Shown here: positions 26,224 to 40,579 of the stretch, piece after piece | Layout: each line of letters opens with the position of its first letter | Position numbering within the stretch: position 1 is the stretch's first letter | NCBI GenBank assembly: GCA_003971905.1 | Contig: RSEE01000068.1 | Span: forward strand, 1 to 64,000 | From: Moniliella sp. 'wahieum' | Taxonomy: Eukaryota | DNA length: 64,000 nucleotides | Direction of reading: 5' to 3' | The notes under the pieces: model-generated | The model's input: the letters and a program-made list of their open reading frames with translations, nothing else | Database searches by the model: none | What the model was told of the DNA's origin: nothing | Translations under genes and position numbers: made by a program

Positions 26224-27856
26224 TTACCGGTTACCAGTTACCACGCAGGCTGTCGGGGAAAGTGCGTCCCGATCGGGCGGGGCATGGGACTGCAAGCCCG
26301 CTAGCCAAGCAGGGTTAGAGCTAGGCATGACCTGGGGGCGGGGCAAAGTGAGCGTGGTGCGCCAGGGCGGAGGGTGGGAAGGCGCGGGGCGTGTGCTGGG
26401 TGGGTGGTTAGCCGGGTGGACATGGGCGTGGGCGTGGGCGTGAGCGTGAGCCTGAGCGTGGGCACCTGCCTTGCCACTGGCCGACTCGAGCGAGACCTGG
26501 CCCGAGCCAAACTGCAACAACTGGTCCGCGTAGCGTTGGAACTCGTCGAGCGGGATGGAGAGATGGAAATCGTTGAGCAAGAGGAACTGCAGTTCGAGCT
26601 GGTTCAGCTCGGTGACGCCCAAGCCGCCAACCTTGGCGTAGCGCGAGTTGGTGTAAAACACGTCGGAGAAAAATTTGCTGGCCACCGTGATGCCGGCAAT
26701 GACCAGCCGATGCACATTGTACGAGTCGATGGCAAATCCCTTCATGCCCGGGTACACCAACTCTTCCTTCTCCTGCGCCGCCGCGGAGGCGGTAGGAGCA
26801 GGAGCAGGTGACTGAGCCAGCTTGTCCAGCGGAGGCAAGCGGGTATGGGTCAGGCTGTCGGCAGTGACTGGCGCACGCGGTGCGTCACCCGAGGAAGGGG
26901 AGGAGGGAAAGGTGGCGCCGCCCATGCGGCTCATCCGATCAAAGTACACCCAAAAGGGAGATGAAGACCTCGTTGGTGGTAGGGCAGTACTTGAGAATGC
27001 GTAAGAGGTAGTCGGCAATAGAGTGCTGGGTACAGTTCGTGCATGGAAACAAAGTGTGCTGCCCACCGTAGTCAGTGCGCCCTGGGCGGCCGAAGTCATC
27101 TGGGGGGTGCCACTGATTCGGTCCAAGCTGGACTCGCGCCTCTCGCCGCTGGCTCGCAGTGGGCGTGCCAGTCGTGCCAGCGGAGGAGGCAGGACCGGTG
27201 AGCTGGCTGTGGCTGTGGGGCTGCCGTAGTCGGAGTCTCCTCGGTCGCAGATGCAGGATTGGGTATCGTCGCAGCCGCTTGCCGCGAGTGGGAGGGGGGC
27301 TGGGAGGAGGAGTGGGAGCGAGAATGGGAGGGGCTGTTGGACGGAGGGCGCAGGCGGTCGTTGGCACTGGCGATCTGCTGCAAGAGCGCAGCCAGTATCC
27401 GCAGCAAGTCACGGCTAGGGAAGGTGGCCAGGTTGAGATGTGGCCTGGGCTGGGCGGCGCCGTCTGGGCCGGGCGGGGGCTGGGACCGCAGGCGATCGGA
27501 TGACGATGCGGGGGGCGAGGGGGGAGGGGCGCGCGCGAGGCTGCGGAGGCGGGCCGGCAGACGCAGCATGCGCAGGGCATGGCCAGCGACGGACGGCGGT
27601 TGCGTCTGCGGGGGCGGGGCGGGGCGGGGGGGGTTGTATGGGCGGACATGGCGGGGGAGGGGGAGGATGGCGGAGGGGGGGCGGGGGCAGGGGCGAGGGC
27701 AGGGGCGAGGACGAGGGCGAGGGCGAGGGCGAGGGCGCCGGGTGTGGTGCTGGGGAGGCGATGTGGTTGGGCAGGTGCTGGCCCAGGCACTGCGACTGGC
27801 AGCGACGGCGTGCCCCCAGCAAGAACGTGCGGAGGCGAGGGGAGGATCAAAGCCAT
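26224..27856 (-). CDS. Pho80-family cyclin (Pcl6/Pcl7-like)
   Basis: TLCFHARTVP, IADYLLRILKYCPTTNEVFISLL-VYFDRM, and NVHRLVIAGITVASKFFSDVFYTNSRYAKVGGLGVTELNQLELQFLLLNDF. Confidence 0.9.
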
Positions 27857-30230
27857 TCAATCTTCAAGCTTCAATGGCGGCGGATGCGCTAAGCCTGGCC
27901 CGGAAGAGGCAGCCCTGATCATCCATCCACATCACCCGTCCTCCACAAACCAGCCATGCCACACTGCCGCCCTGCCCGCTCGCCCCCCCCCAGCGCCGTA
28001 TCACGCTCACGTCGCGCGTCACGCTTGAGCTTGGAGACACAGCCAGCGTGTGACAACCAGGGACATGCGACACTGGCCCAGGCGCCTTTCGGAGAGACGC
28101 TCTGAAGCTTGAAGCTTGAAGCTTAAGGCCAATGAAAAACATTCCCATTCGCCGTCTCTTGAGAGTGCCGCCTGCAGCATCGCCTCCTATGCCTGACATC
28201 CAACGGTTTCCCGCGCCGCAGCACCTCTGCAGACTCCAGCCCCCCTATCATCGTCTATGCCATGTCTCGTGGAGGGGTCCCCAAAAGCCATATAGTGCGA
28301 TAGCAATGTAACATCGCATCATTGCCCAGCCGTCAGACCGTCGGATACTGGTTGCAATCTGGCGGCGTAGTAGGACCAACAACGAAGCTGGAAGCAGGCG
28401 CGTGCGGATTGCTGGTGCGCGTTCCATACTCGTCTGTTGGCAGCTAAAAACCACACGCAGATACTTACGCCCGCGGGTCGCAAGCATCCGCCGCCGCGTG
28501 CCCAAGTCACGGGGCCGCGACGGCCGCGGACGAGGGTCGGCGGTTGGAGGAAGATTCCATTGCATGTGGAGCACGCCGAGGAACACCAAGGACTATGGCA
28601 GTGCGATGGGCTACGGCAGCGGCGACCACCAGCAGACACGCTGGCTTGCGCACGTGCGACGAGTGCTGTGCAGTGCCCAGCCCCCGTGTGGTGCAGCCTG
28701 CTCGCACCTCTCCATCCCAGGCCGCATCGGTGCAAGTCCCCATCGTCCACAATGCAATGTTCACTACGCCAGGTCGGCTCCACGGTCACGTGCCGCTGCG
28801 GTGGGTGCGCGGGCCAGCACGCACTGCAGGGGCTGGCAGACAGAACACGTGCGCCCCGGTTCATCCATACCGCCCATCCCCCGCCTCCACCTCTTTCCCC
28901 CACATCTCCTCCACCGCGCCGGGTTGCCCATCTCTAGCAAGCATATCTCCTCTCCGAACCGCACCGCCGAGGCTTGGTTTTCAACGCTTTTCTCGAGGGC
29001 CTGAGCGCAGTGAACAACCAAGACCTGGTCCACTCGCGCAGAACACAACGTGGTCAGGCCAGTGGATTGGAGCACAAGTAGCTCTCCGCATTATCCTTCA
29101 CTTCATCTTCCTCTTTCGCACGTGGGAGGGCCGCCATAAACCCCCGCCTCCATCACCGTCTTCACCCTGTTGCATCGTACCAGCCCACCCAAGGATTGGG
29201 TCCCCAAGGTGGGTGCACTAATGAGCAACTCCGTGAGTCCTCACACACCGCGATAATTGAATTAGCGCAGGAGAAGCCGAATGGGTCGGACGGATGCGAT
29301 GCGAGGCGGTAGAGGGACTTGGGTGCCTCCTGAGCTGCTGCACGTGCTACAGCAAACCAATCCATCCATGGCGTGCTCAGGGTCAAGGGGCAGGGGCAGT
29401 GGCAGCCAAACCCACTGCGGACGCAGTGGAGAATCGTATGACGCCGCCAGAGACCGAGCAGGACGATCTTTCAACATCAGCAGGCTGTCCAGCGAATCCA
29501 TCTGGACACGGCCCCGCCCCGACCGCCTCCAGGCCAACTTGGAGCAGAAAACAGGAGGACCTATGGACCCAGAAAGCAGGAGGAACGGCGACAGTCGCTC
29601 CAACTCGCTTCCATTGACAAGCAAGCCAAGGTAGCAGGAGGCCGTAACACGGGACAAAACGTGCCGTGAATGGAAGAACCAGGTATGCCCCTCCGTCAAT
29701 CCGTTGAACGTTGACAACCAGAGTGCTTACGTTGTGAGGAGGTTCACCGGAGGCACCATGCGCCAGTGCCCAAATTGCAGGGCCGGATAGCTCCACTGCT
29801 CCTTTTGGGACGGCACTTGACTCACGCCCTTGTTGTGACCACCCTCTTATTCCTTCGGCGGTCTGCCGACTAGCATGCAGCTACGGCTTAAATTCGACAA
29901 ACTAATCCACCTCGCTTGGGCCATGTGTATTGGAGACAGGTAACCGAGCCGCTGGTCCCCTGCCTGCCAAACTGGAACCGGGCCGGTCTATATTGGAGGA
30001 TGGGGCACAGGATCAGGGAAGCCGATGAGGAAGTACATTGTACAGGGATGGAAGCAGATGCTACCAACGAGAGAGGGAGCAGGGAAGGGCATCAGGGTAA
30101 GCGGAGGAGGGGGGAGGGGGAGGGGTACATATTACCAGAGACGATCGCCCCGAATCCAAGTCAATGGGGGGGCACCTTGCTCGCGTCCTTCCATCAACCA
30201 GAGCAGGTTCAAGATCTAGGCTACGGCGAC

Positions 30231-30857
30231 TTAGGCCGCGACCTTCTTGGCCTTGGGGGCTTTGCCTTGGCGGGCTTGGCCGACTTGGCCGTCTTAGCCT
30301 TGGAAGTCTTGGTCGTGGTGGCCTTGGCCTTGGAGCGGCCTTCTTGGTCGCTGCTGGCTTTCTTGGTGGTGCTCGACGCCTCTTAGCCGTCTTGGTCGCC
30401 GCCTTCTTGGGCGCAGGCCGCCTTGGGGTGCCGCCTTCTTGATGGCGGCCACCTTGGCGGTTCGGAGCAAGCTTCACCTTCCCTGCCGGCGCCTTGGGAG
30501 AAGGAACACGTTCTTCTCGGCTCCCTTGGCGATGGCGCGCGAGATGAGACCGCTAAAGGTCGCTGCAGGGCGCGCGGCCGTGGCGGGGTGCTTGGCCTGG
30601 ATCCACTTCTTGAGCAGCGGACGCGACAGTCCGACGCGCGAAGCTTCCGGGTGGGCAAGGATGGCCTCCTTGATCATCTCCTACAGGTGGGTACGGTTGT
30701 TAGTTGGGCTTGCCCACGAACCGGGGCAGGGTGGCAACCGCCCCCTATCTTTTCCCATTTTCACCCGGTCACGCGCAGCGCGCAGGGGGGGCAACAGGGC
30801 ACGTACCTCGTAGGATGGCCCTTCGGGCTTCTTGGCAGCAGTCTTGGCAGTAGGCAT
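30231..30857 (-). CDS. H1: Linker histone H1
   Basis: MPTAKTAAKKPEGPSYE|EMIKEAILAHPEASRVGLSRPLLKKWIQ...SRAIAKGAEKNVFLLPK...KVKLAP plus a Lys/Ala/Pro-rich tail. Intron 30681-30806. Confidence 0.9.
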
Positions 30858-33808
30858 GGTGGTGGGGGATCGGGTGGTGGTGGGGTGGTGGTGGTAGTGG
30901 GGAACGGGAGGGCGGGCGGGGGACAGAGGGAAAGAGAGCGGGTCTGGTGCCGAGGGGTATATGTGCCAGGGAGGGAGAGGTCTCAGATGGAGCTGTGTAC
31001 TAGTTGAGGCTCGAACTGATTGGGCAGATCGGATTGCGAAGCGCCGAGGCTGGCTCAGGTGGGAGGACATTTGTGAACGTCTCCCTTGGGAGACCCGTGT
31101 GCGTGCAACAAACGCATCAAACTCGCTCCGAGTGGCTTATTACTTACCCAGCATACGCGCTCCAGACGCTGGGCATCTCTCGCCACGCGCCACGGGGCAC
31201 AGTCGCTGCCACCGACTAATCAACTACTTGCACAATGAACCCAGGCTCTCAGAAGCTACAAGAGGTACGACCGGCACCCGCGCATGGGGAGAACTGAGAG
31301 GAAACCACTGCTATTAGTAGGGTGGGGTGCGTGTTTTGGCACAGGGTGTCTCTCCTCGTAGTCGAGTCTAATAGCAGCTGCCTCGCCAGCGCCTCTCTGG
31401 CAGCGCGTACTGTCCAATACGCCGACCGCAGCAAACCTCGGTCTTGGCGCTGTTTCCGCAATGCATTGAAAGCGGGCGGCGTCTCAATCTCATCGTTGCT
31501 GGCCAAAAGCCCATACTCCTCGAGTAGAACAGCAGCTCCAGGAGGTACTTTGAACGAGGTTGGCATGTTTAATGGCTTAACGTTTAGTTTTTAGTGCGCA
31601 CCATAACCATCCAAAGTGTTCATCAAATCACCAATCATGAATCACCCGAAAATCGTAGCAAACGGTGAACGCAACCCACACCTCCGCCTCCGCCCCGACG
31701 GGAAGACGGAAACCCACACTCGCCTGTGGGAGCTGGGACGACGACATCGCGCCCGCTGTCCCGCGCATGCAGAGAGCCGTTCGGAGGATCGAGGGTGGTG
31801 AAAATGACACGCAGTGCGGCCAAAACCTCCATCGCGTTGCACACATTGAATCCGTGTGGCATGCCGCTCTCCCCGGCTCTCGGACTCGTGAGCAATCCCA
31901 CAAGAGCGGAAACGCGCCAACAAACCCCTACCATCAGCACCTCTCGAGTTCACTCTTGCGCCATCCGGCCGGAAGACACAGGCCTGCTCGATGACCCGAT
32001 AGATTCAAGACGCGTCAGGCGTCCAGCGTCAGGGGGACGGGTCGGGGCTGCATGACCACAGATACACGTTATGGCCTAGATGAAACGCGCCTGCCGAGCC
32101 ACAAAAGATACGGTCGAGAAGCGTACCAGGTGCCCCAATTCGTTCTCGCCATGGTGGTACCAATGGCCGTGTCTATGTGAGCGAGCACAATACGCGCCCA
32201 ACGGTCCTTCGTGACATTCTCAAGGCCACCTCAACCCGCACGGTTACCACCCTAAAAGAAAGGTGACGAGGGGCATGAAGTGCCGCTCCCCAGATGGCCC
32301 CACACCCATGGAGGCGAATACAAAACCCAGCCACCACAGGGCCGAGCGGGAACTTGAACAGGCCCTGTAGTGCCCTGCGGTTCAACCCACCTCGACCACG
32401 GCTGGACGCAACTGGCATCCTCTCTCCACAGATGGCACGTCGGAGTGGGTCCTGTCCCGCGGCCCGGCAGATCTCACCAGAGTGGGCCATTGGATCGCTC
32501 CCCGTACCGCTCTCACTACACGCTCCCTCACCGCCACCAGCACGTTCCTGGACCCGGCCATCCCCTCGAGTGAGATGCAGGCTGTGCTTATGGGATTAGG
32601 CATGGCTCTTGTCTCAATAGCCCTGCAGCTGTGCGAGCGCGGCCTGCTTGTCTAGCCCCGTACATGTGCGCAGGATGGCGTTGCAAGCGGCATCGCCCCG
32701 ATGCTGCTTGAGTAGCAGGCGCGTTGTGTCACTGCCGCCACGGATTTGCGGAACTGAGAACCTATAGCCGAGGTGGCTGACGATCTAGTCATACTGGCAG
32801 GGTAGAGGGGCTCGACATGGCCACCACGGCTGAGCGTATATCCCCGACCAGCCGTGTGGTCGGTTCGGGTGCACAAGCCTCTGGGCAGAGACACGACGGG
32901 TAGCATTCCCGCCCCGCGTACTCTTGCTCAACACCCATCACAACCGACTGGCCTCTCCTACGGGGCCGTTCTTCTCACCCAGGCCCACTGTTCCTGGAGG
33001 AGCAGCGGCGATTGAGCCTTGTCAAGAACAGGCACTGCTAGACGTGACGCGTGACGGGCTTGACCCACCTGTCAAGCTAAGTCGAAGACATTCGACGTGC
33101 TCATTCATCTGCCGGAACGCTGTAGCCATGCTCGAGTGTGTGCCCCGGCGCATCCAGCGCGGCGTTGGTAAAGGTTCCTTGCGTTCCGTGGATTGCACGC
33201 CGCCAGGTCAGGATCGCCCATATGACCGTGAAGACGCCCATGGCCGCGCATCCAGTTGGAAGTGTTGACCGTCGTCTCTTTGTGGCGTCGACCAGGCTCG
33301 GGTTAGGCCTTCGACCGGGCACGAAGCGGCTGTTCGTTGCGGTTGGGTCCAAGTCGGTCTAGCACGGCGGTTCCTGCGGCTGCAAAGCATGGTTACTGCC
33401 GCTCCCAAATGCACGTGTGAAAGGCTTTCTATTAACCGCATCTTTTCCCAATCGCCTATACCGAAACTTCGCCCTCCATGCATCTCTCTCCACTTGTCTT
33501 GCGGACCGTGTCCAACGACGCCTGTCACGGCAATATAATCCCTTTGCGGTGGTCAGTGGGATGGATGGCGGCGTATAGTCGTACTTGATACGGATGTCAG
33601 CCGCTCCTTCCCCGACCTCTTTCCAGCTCAAGTCAATCTCTCCGCTCTCATCTTCCTTTACCACCACATGGACCCCTCCACCCCCTACATCGGCTCATAC
33701 CAACAAAGGTAGTCCTCCTGTGCTGATCAAAGTGTTTTGTGGCATGGGAAGCCGCGAAAAATCAGAGTCCATGGTGGGGCCAAACAAGCAAAGGTTCTTG
33801 CAGCAAGC

Positions 33809-34873
33809 TTAGAGCAGCGTCTCCCCCAGGGCGGCACGAACAAGCGAGCAACCAATCGCGACGGTCGCATCGGCGTGCTCGGGAGACAGAGCGGGGTTGA
33901 CCTCCATAATGTCCATGGCAACCAAGCTTCCGTCTCGTACAGTGCCTCGCAGATGTAGTGACCCTCACGGAACGTAAGGCCACCTCGGACGGGGGTGCCC
34001 GTGCTGGCGGCCACAGTGGGGTCCATAGCGTCAACGTCAAAGGAGAGGTGGATGGGGCGGTCCCGCTTGCCCTGCACACCGTCGTTGAGGTAGTCGAGCG
34101 CCTTGTCGACAACCCCAATGCCATACTTGTCCACCTCAAACATAGAGTAGGCCTTGATGCCGTACTCACGCAGGATCTGCTTCTCCCCAGCGTCCACATC
34201 ACGCAGCCCAATAAACACGAGGCGCTTGGGGTCGAGGAACTTGCCTGCGGGACCGGGGAGCCACTCAAAGGGTGAACCAAACTGTCCTTCAGTCCAAGCA
34301 GGAAAGAAACGGGACAGCCGTGCAGATTGCCACTCTCGGTCGACTTGGGCGTGTTGATGTCGGCATGAGCATCGACCCAGATCAGCCCAGCGTCGGGGTG
34401 AGCAGTCAAGGTGCCAAGCACCGTACCCAGGCCCTAGTCGCGGAAAAGTCAGTACGGCTGTAGAATACACAGCGGGCAAGGGGAGCACGCGAGGGGTGGG
34501 AGGGTGGGAGGGGCGTACAAGGCTATGGTCGCCACCGAGGGTGACGGGAATCTGGCCTTGGGTCGCGTGGCTGGCAACCACTTCGGCGACCTTCTTGGCG
34601 ATCGTCGACACGGTACGGGGCTTCTTCATGCCGTCCAGGTCGGTGTCCTGGGCCACAAATTCCGGGGGCGCAAGGGCGGCAAAGTCCTGGTGGCCTTCAA
34701 ACTGGACGTGCCAGCCAAGCTGCTCGAGTTGAGCGGGAAGGCCAGCGTTGATGAGAGCATGGGGCCGTGCTCGACGCCAGCCTTGCCCTGGCCAGCAGTG
34801 CTGGGGCAGCCGATGAGAGCAGCAGTGTTGCTCTTGACGTAGCGGAGGTGGTGCTGGGGGGAGTCGGCGACAT
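33809..34873 (-). CDS. CAR1: Arginase
   Basis: Ureohydrolase motifs [39 protein letters not shown] and [11 protein letters not shown]...[14 protein letters not shown]; ends LGETLL-stop. Intron 34434-34518. Confidence 0.96.
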
Positions 34874-35586
34874 GGTGAGGGTGGTGGGGAGAACGGGGCG
34901 AGGGGGGAGGGGTGGAGGGGTGGGAAGATGGCTGGCGGGAGTGCTGAGCCGTGGAGGCTGAGTGGGGTTAACGTGGTTAGGCGCTGGAAGCCTCGGAATC
35001 GGAAATCAGATCTCGCATCTCGTCTGTCGCATCTCGGGTGCGACGACGGATTAAATGAGCGCGCACAGGGGCACTGGGGCAGTCTTCAGCCTCGTACTGA
35101 ATATGCCTCCGACCGGTGGCGGAGTAACTAGCAACTAGTCACGACCCAAATTAAATTTGCAAATCAAGAGACCCTGCTTCCTGAGGAGGCCTTACCAATG
35201 CAAACACCGTTGGGGCTTGCCAAGGCTCCCTTCTGCCATGCCCGATGGCCCACCACCAGGTACCTCACACATTGGTGGGGAATACGCCGTGGCTGCCGGC
35301 TATCCCGGCTATTCGCGGCCAGGCCTCCTCAATCTCTCGCTGACTGCAAACGTGTGGCTCTAGTCGGAGGCAGAGCAGGAGGGCATAGGAGGAGAGGCCA
35401 CACGATACTAATACGGGCTTGGGCTTCTAAGAAGCTTGGTTGGGAAAGAGCAAAGTCGTTCATGAAAAGGGGTGACAGGCTGGCACCCACGGGGGTAAGA
35501 AGGATCTGGGTGAAGATGGCATGAAGAGAAAGTAGGGCAAAGAGCGAGGGAACGGGATGAGAAGAACCACATTGAGAAAAGGAGGC

Positions 35587-38500
35587 CTAAGCGAATGCTA
35601 CCCCTAGCCGCTTGGGCGCTGCCGTCGAACCCGAGAGGGTGATGCCAGCAAAGAGGGAACCAATATCGACGTAGCGCCTCGCGGAGCGCGAGAGCATACG
35701 GTCAACCGTCGTGTAGAGCACCTTGGCCACTCGGGCGTGCGCATGCGCAGCTGCAGCACCGCACCGGGGCCTTGTGGCCTCGGTGGAGTTGGCCACGGCG
35801 GGGAGGTCAAACAGATACTGGTAATACGAAAGTTGGGTGTACAAGTCCTTGTCCGTGTACTCCTCTACCGTCGTTCCAGGGCATCCGCGAGAACGGCAGC
35901 GCATCGCATACACCCCGGCAACCGGCAACGTAGCCCACATGCCGAGTCGGTACAGATCCGCCAACCAGCGTAGTAGCGATTGATGTGCTGCTGCATCCGA
36001 CGGTTCAGCTGAACCGCCAACAACGGCAGGCCGAGCGTCCGCTGGCAGCCAGAGCAGCGGATGCCCACGCTGTTGGCCGGGACGACCGTGGGGCCAGGGA
36101 CAAGCTGATCCTTGGCGAATGCAGGCAGCAGGCCGTCAAACGCCGTGTCGGCACGCAGGACGGGCAGTGGAAAGTAAGCTTGTCGCAGTGGCCATACCGC
36201 TGCTCGGCGTGAGCTGACTATCGAGCGGAGCAAACGCGCGCCCCTGCGCTGCCCACACGTCATTCTCACTCGCTTGGGTGTACGGCGAACATCGAGGCCG
36301 AGGCACTCGGCCAAGCGGGCGCGATCGGTACCCTCGATGCTCTCGCACAGACGCTCAATGGGGGGCAGTACTTGCAACGAGAGGTAGTACTCGAGGTCCA
36401 CTTTGAGCGAGCTTCCATCACGACGAAGGTCGTCCGGGTGGTAAGCGCGCGATGCTTGCGCCGACTTGGTCGATGCTTCCTCTCCCTCGGGAACAGTAAA
36501 GATGTACGGAATCACATCCCCAGACCGAGCAGACAGACCCTTCTCCTTCATCCGCAACGCCACTTGTACATGTGGCTGGGACTTGACGTCAGGGTAGTCT
36601 TCTGGGTTTTTACCCAGGCGCTTGTAGATGATGAATGAATCGAGTGTTTCGTGGCCCTCACGGACCTCAGTCGCCAGTGTGCGGAGGTACTCGTGGACCT
36701 CACCTACCACGGTCTCTGTAGCGTCTCCCGAGAGGATGTAAGACAGACACAACTGAGCATACGTGGTGAGTAAGGGGAAAAAATGCAGGAGAAAAAACGT
36801 ACTTGGAGGCGTCTTTGGAAAGCTGGCAGTATTCACGACGTTTCATATCCAGACCTTTGATTTCTTTGGAGCGAGTTCCATCATCCTCGACCTTGAGAGC
36901 AGCATACTTCTTCTTTTGAAGAAGGAGCATACGCTCAAACACGGCATCAATGTCGATCTCCAGCAACTTGTAGTGCTTGTTGACCGCTTTCTTGAACTCG
37001 CGTCCAATCTGCATCGCCTCCTCGTAGGTCACCTTGTTGGTGTTGATCATGACGGAATCAGTGTCGCCATAGATGACCTCAAGGGAGATCCCTTCGGCCA
37101 GCTCGCGGGTTTGCCGCAAAATCTCACGGCCTTTAAAGGTGGTCAAGGCAGCCAGAGGCCGGGCATAAAATCGAGAGTTCTCAAAACCCAGACACCCGTA
37201 CATACTGTTGGCCGTCAGCTTGAGCGCAAGTTGTTTGACGTTCCACTGGGCCAGCTGCGCCTTGGTCGCCCGCTTGTCCTTCATGAGACCCTTGACGGCC
37301 CGACGCTTGTCCACCAAGGTAGCAATGAGCGCGGGCAGCACACCTCGTTCAACATCAGACGGAGGCACATCGGGTACATCCTCTCGCGCGATGGCCTCTT
37401 CCCCTTCGCCCGTCTGTTCGACCGGACTGGGGTCTCCCTTGACCCGCTCAACCGTGGTGAAGTCAATGTTGAACTCCTGGATGATGGAGGGTACAGCGAG
37501 TTAAAGTCCATGACCAGGACGTACTTGTCGCACAGCCCGCGCTTGGGCTCAAACACCAAACCACCCTTGAACTTGTCGCGCTTGACCTTGGTCGGCGCCA
37601 CAACGCGGGCTGGGGTACGTTGAACTTGTCCCGGATGCGCTTGGCGTGCATACGCTCCCGCCCAGTAATCTTGTCGGGCAGCACGTACTTCTTGTCGTAA
37701 AAGTCATGGAGCAGAATGTACTCATTCCTCTCTGCGCGCCCACCGTTCAAAGTCCGGTTCCAGCTGTTGCCGGCAATGTTGGTGAGTTGTTTTGTGAGCG
37801 CGAGCACTTGCAACTTGGCGGCAATGGCCATGACGAGCCAGGTGTCCATCTCGCAATGGCTTAGGAACAGACAGATCTTGGCCGGATCCAGGAACGCGCC
37901 CGCCGTCTCATCAGGGTCAATCTCGTCGCGCGCAAGATGCCAAGGTGGGTGGACGCCATCTCGGTAAGCGACCATGAGGTGGAGGCAATCATGCTCTTTC
38001 CACAGTCCGAGGAGAGATCCATCAACAACCGGCCGGCCATGATGTAGATAGCCGAGTTGGCCGTCAGATTCGGCCATGCTCGCCGGCGCATCCGACCGAC
38101 GCGCGACCATTGGTCCGACTTCAGCTCCCGCATCCGATGCAGCAGCACGTCCAGAGACACCCAATCATGTCGTGGCCCACAATCACGTCGGGATCTTGCG
38201 CTTGGATGTGGGCCAGAAGCCCATTGAGCAGCCCACGTTCATAATTGACCGCCACAACCTTGGAGCGTTGCCGACTGACCAACTTGTCAAATCCGTCGGG
38301 GAAACTCCCCCCAATGGGTCGAACAAAACTCTTGATAGTTGAGGGTCGCTTATCAAACGGACGATCGTCGAACTTTCCATTGAGTGGCTTATCGTCTTCC
38401 AGCGCATAGTCGGACCACGTTCGTGCCGATGCACACAGCACCTCGCGCTGATTCGCCTTAAAGTTCACCACGGTGCGCACGCTCAGGGACATGATCCGCA

Positions 38501-40500
38501 GCGGCGGTGTACCGATGGTGCGTCGGGCATGGAGGCCGTGACAACCGAGACGGATTTGGGTTCGTCCACTGACAACTCGGTCTGGCACCAACTGACCACC
38601 TCGTCACCTGTATGAACCGGCTTACCCCGAACCGCACGGGGGGTAGGATCTCGAGCCGGAGCCAGCAGGGGCCCATAATTCGCCTTAAGAAGGAAAAGCT
38701 CAAATGCCGATGCGCCAGTACCAAACACACGAGCAATTTGGTCTCCCCCTCCGACTTGCCCAGAGCCTGAGCAATCGTCTCTTCCGTCAAATCGTAAGGC
38801 AGTTGCGTCTCATCAAATCCGTACGCACTTTGAGGTAGCGAGATTGGCGTGGCACCTCGGGCAGTTCAAACGCATAGTCACGCAACACCCAGGTTGTGAT
38901 GAACGACTTGATTCCAAATTTGGATCGAAGGGCATCAAACTCGTCAAATACTTCCTCCTGCCATGGCTGCTCGTCCTCTTCGTCAATCTCCATATCATCC
39001 ACATTCTGCCCCCGACGTTTCTTGGCACGACGAGCCAGCTTGTCCTCCCGGATCTTACGGGCCGCCTCGAGATCTAGAAGGAGGTTAGTACAATGCGACT
39101 CAACGCGGAGAGAGACACGAACCCTGGTCTTGGATCCCGTTTGGCAACACATATAGACACCGCCGCATGCCCTCGACCGTGACGCAGCAGCTCTCCCACT
39201 CCTGGGTGGTCTTGGAACGAATCTTGCCAATCAGGTGGATTTTGTCGCCTTGCTCATAGTGGTCCAGCCAGTAAAAGTAAACACCTCCGTCGGACTCGTA
39301 GTACGCCTCGCGCACCTTGGTATCACGGTCATCCAAAGCAATCTCCGTCATTGGATCCTTCTTGCAGGGACGGGGGACGGAGAGCGGGCGCGCTGCGGGT
39401 GCGTGCGCGTGAGCCTTGAGTCCTGCATCCTCCTCCATCAAGTCTGCCTCCCAATCGTCGTCGTCCATGATGAGCGCCTCATGGATTTGGCGCCAGTCAA
39501 TGTCGAGTTTTGCTGGTGCAGCCGACGCTGGTGCTGCCGTTGCTGATGCGGTGGCAGGAGCAGAAAGGTTTGGTCACGGGCGGGCGTGACTGGGTCGTGG
39601 CGCGCTCAAATTTGCTTTGTGGCTGTACGGCACGCACGCCTTCGTCCTCGCTATCGTCCTCGTCAAAGACGGAGACCTGAGGCTGGACTGCGGCTGCGAC
39701 CGCATCCAATGCGGCGGGAGTAGCTTGGGTTTTGGCGCGTTTTACCGTCGCACGTTGAGGGGGAGGCACAGGGGCCTCGTTGAGCCAGCTCAGTTCATCA
39801 TCCCCAGTAGGCGCCGGCTGCATTATCCGTACCCTGGGAGTGGAATTGCCCTTGGGTGGGCTCTCGAGCATAGGATCGCTACTGGGATGTGGGTCGCGCT
39901 TGTGACGCTACTTGATGGACTGACAGGAGCGCGACGAGCGGTCCGGAAGCGCTCGAACCCACCAAACTCGAGAGGGCGCGCTCGCTTCTGACCCTGCAAG
40001 GGTCGCACGATGGCAGCGGGAGGGCCTCCTCCTGGGCATCCAGACCATTGAGAATGTTGTTCATAAACTCGTCCTCATCCTGTTGGATGTTGGGCAACAG
40101 GTGTCGTGCCAAAGGGTGCGCGCGCGGGCGGGGGGGTTGTGGGTGTGGGCTGCAGGCTTCTTCTGCCTGGGGGCCGATGAGAAGTAGTCGCCCTGCTGGG
40201 GGAGGGTGCGCTTGGCCTTCTTCTTGCCGGTACCAAAGTGGCGACGATACTCTTCCTCCTACTATCCGCGCCGTCGCTAGCCCACTCGTCTTGCCCATGG
40301 TCGACATAGCCACTGCCATCGTCGTCCTCGATGAAAGTGTCGGCGAGCACACGGCCACGCACATAGCTGTTGTACTCGGCCTCGGAGACCTCGTCGTAGA
40401 TGCGGCCGTCTTCGTCCGAGTCGCTGGTGGGGAGGGCATGGCCCTTGCGCCGCGCAGCAAGAGCCTGCAGGGCGGAGGCACGGGCAGCGCGAGAAGACAT
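35587..40500 (-). CDS. POL1: DNA polymerase alpha catalytic subunit
   Basis: N-terminal IYDEVSE...[14 protein letters not shown]; family-B motifs [26 protein letters not shown] and [16 protein letters not shown]-terminal Cys clusters and [18 protein letters not shown]. Introns ~39073-39122 and 36753-36802; many indels. Confidence 0.97.
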
Positions 40501-40579
40501 GCGTGGTGGTGGTGGTGGTTGGTGGGTGGGGAGGAGACGCGACGCACGCAGCTCAGCCCGCCGTCTTTTAGCACGCCAG

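Noticed and set aside
35587..40500. POL1, PDS5 and arginase as pseudogenes or programmed-frameshift genes
   Set aside because: Catalytic and conserved motifs are intact, the indels are scattered without slippery-site patterns, and POL1 is essential, which points to sequencing error.
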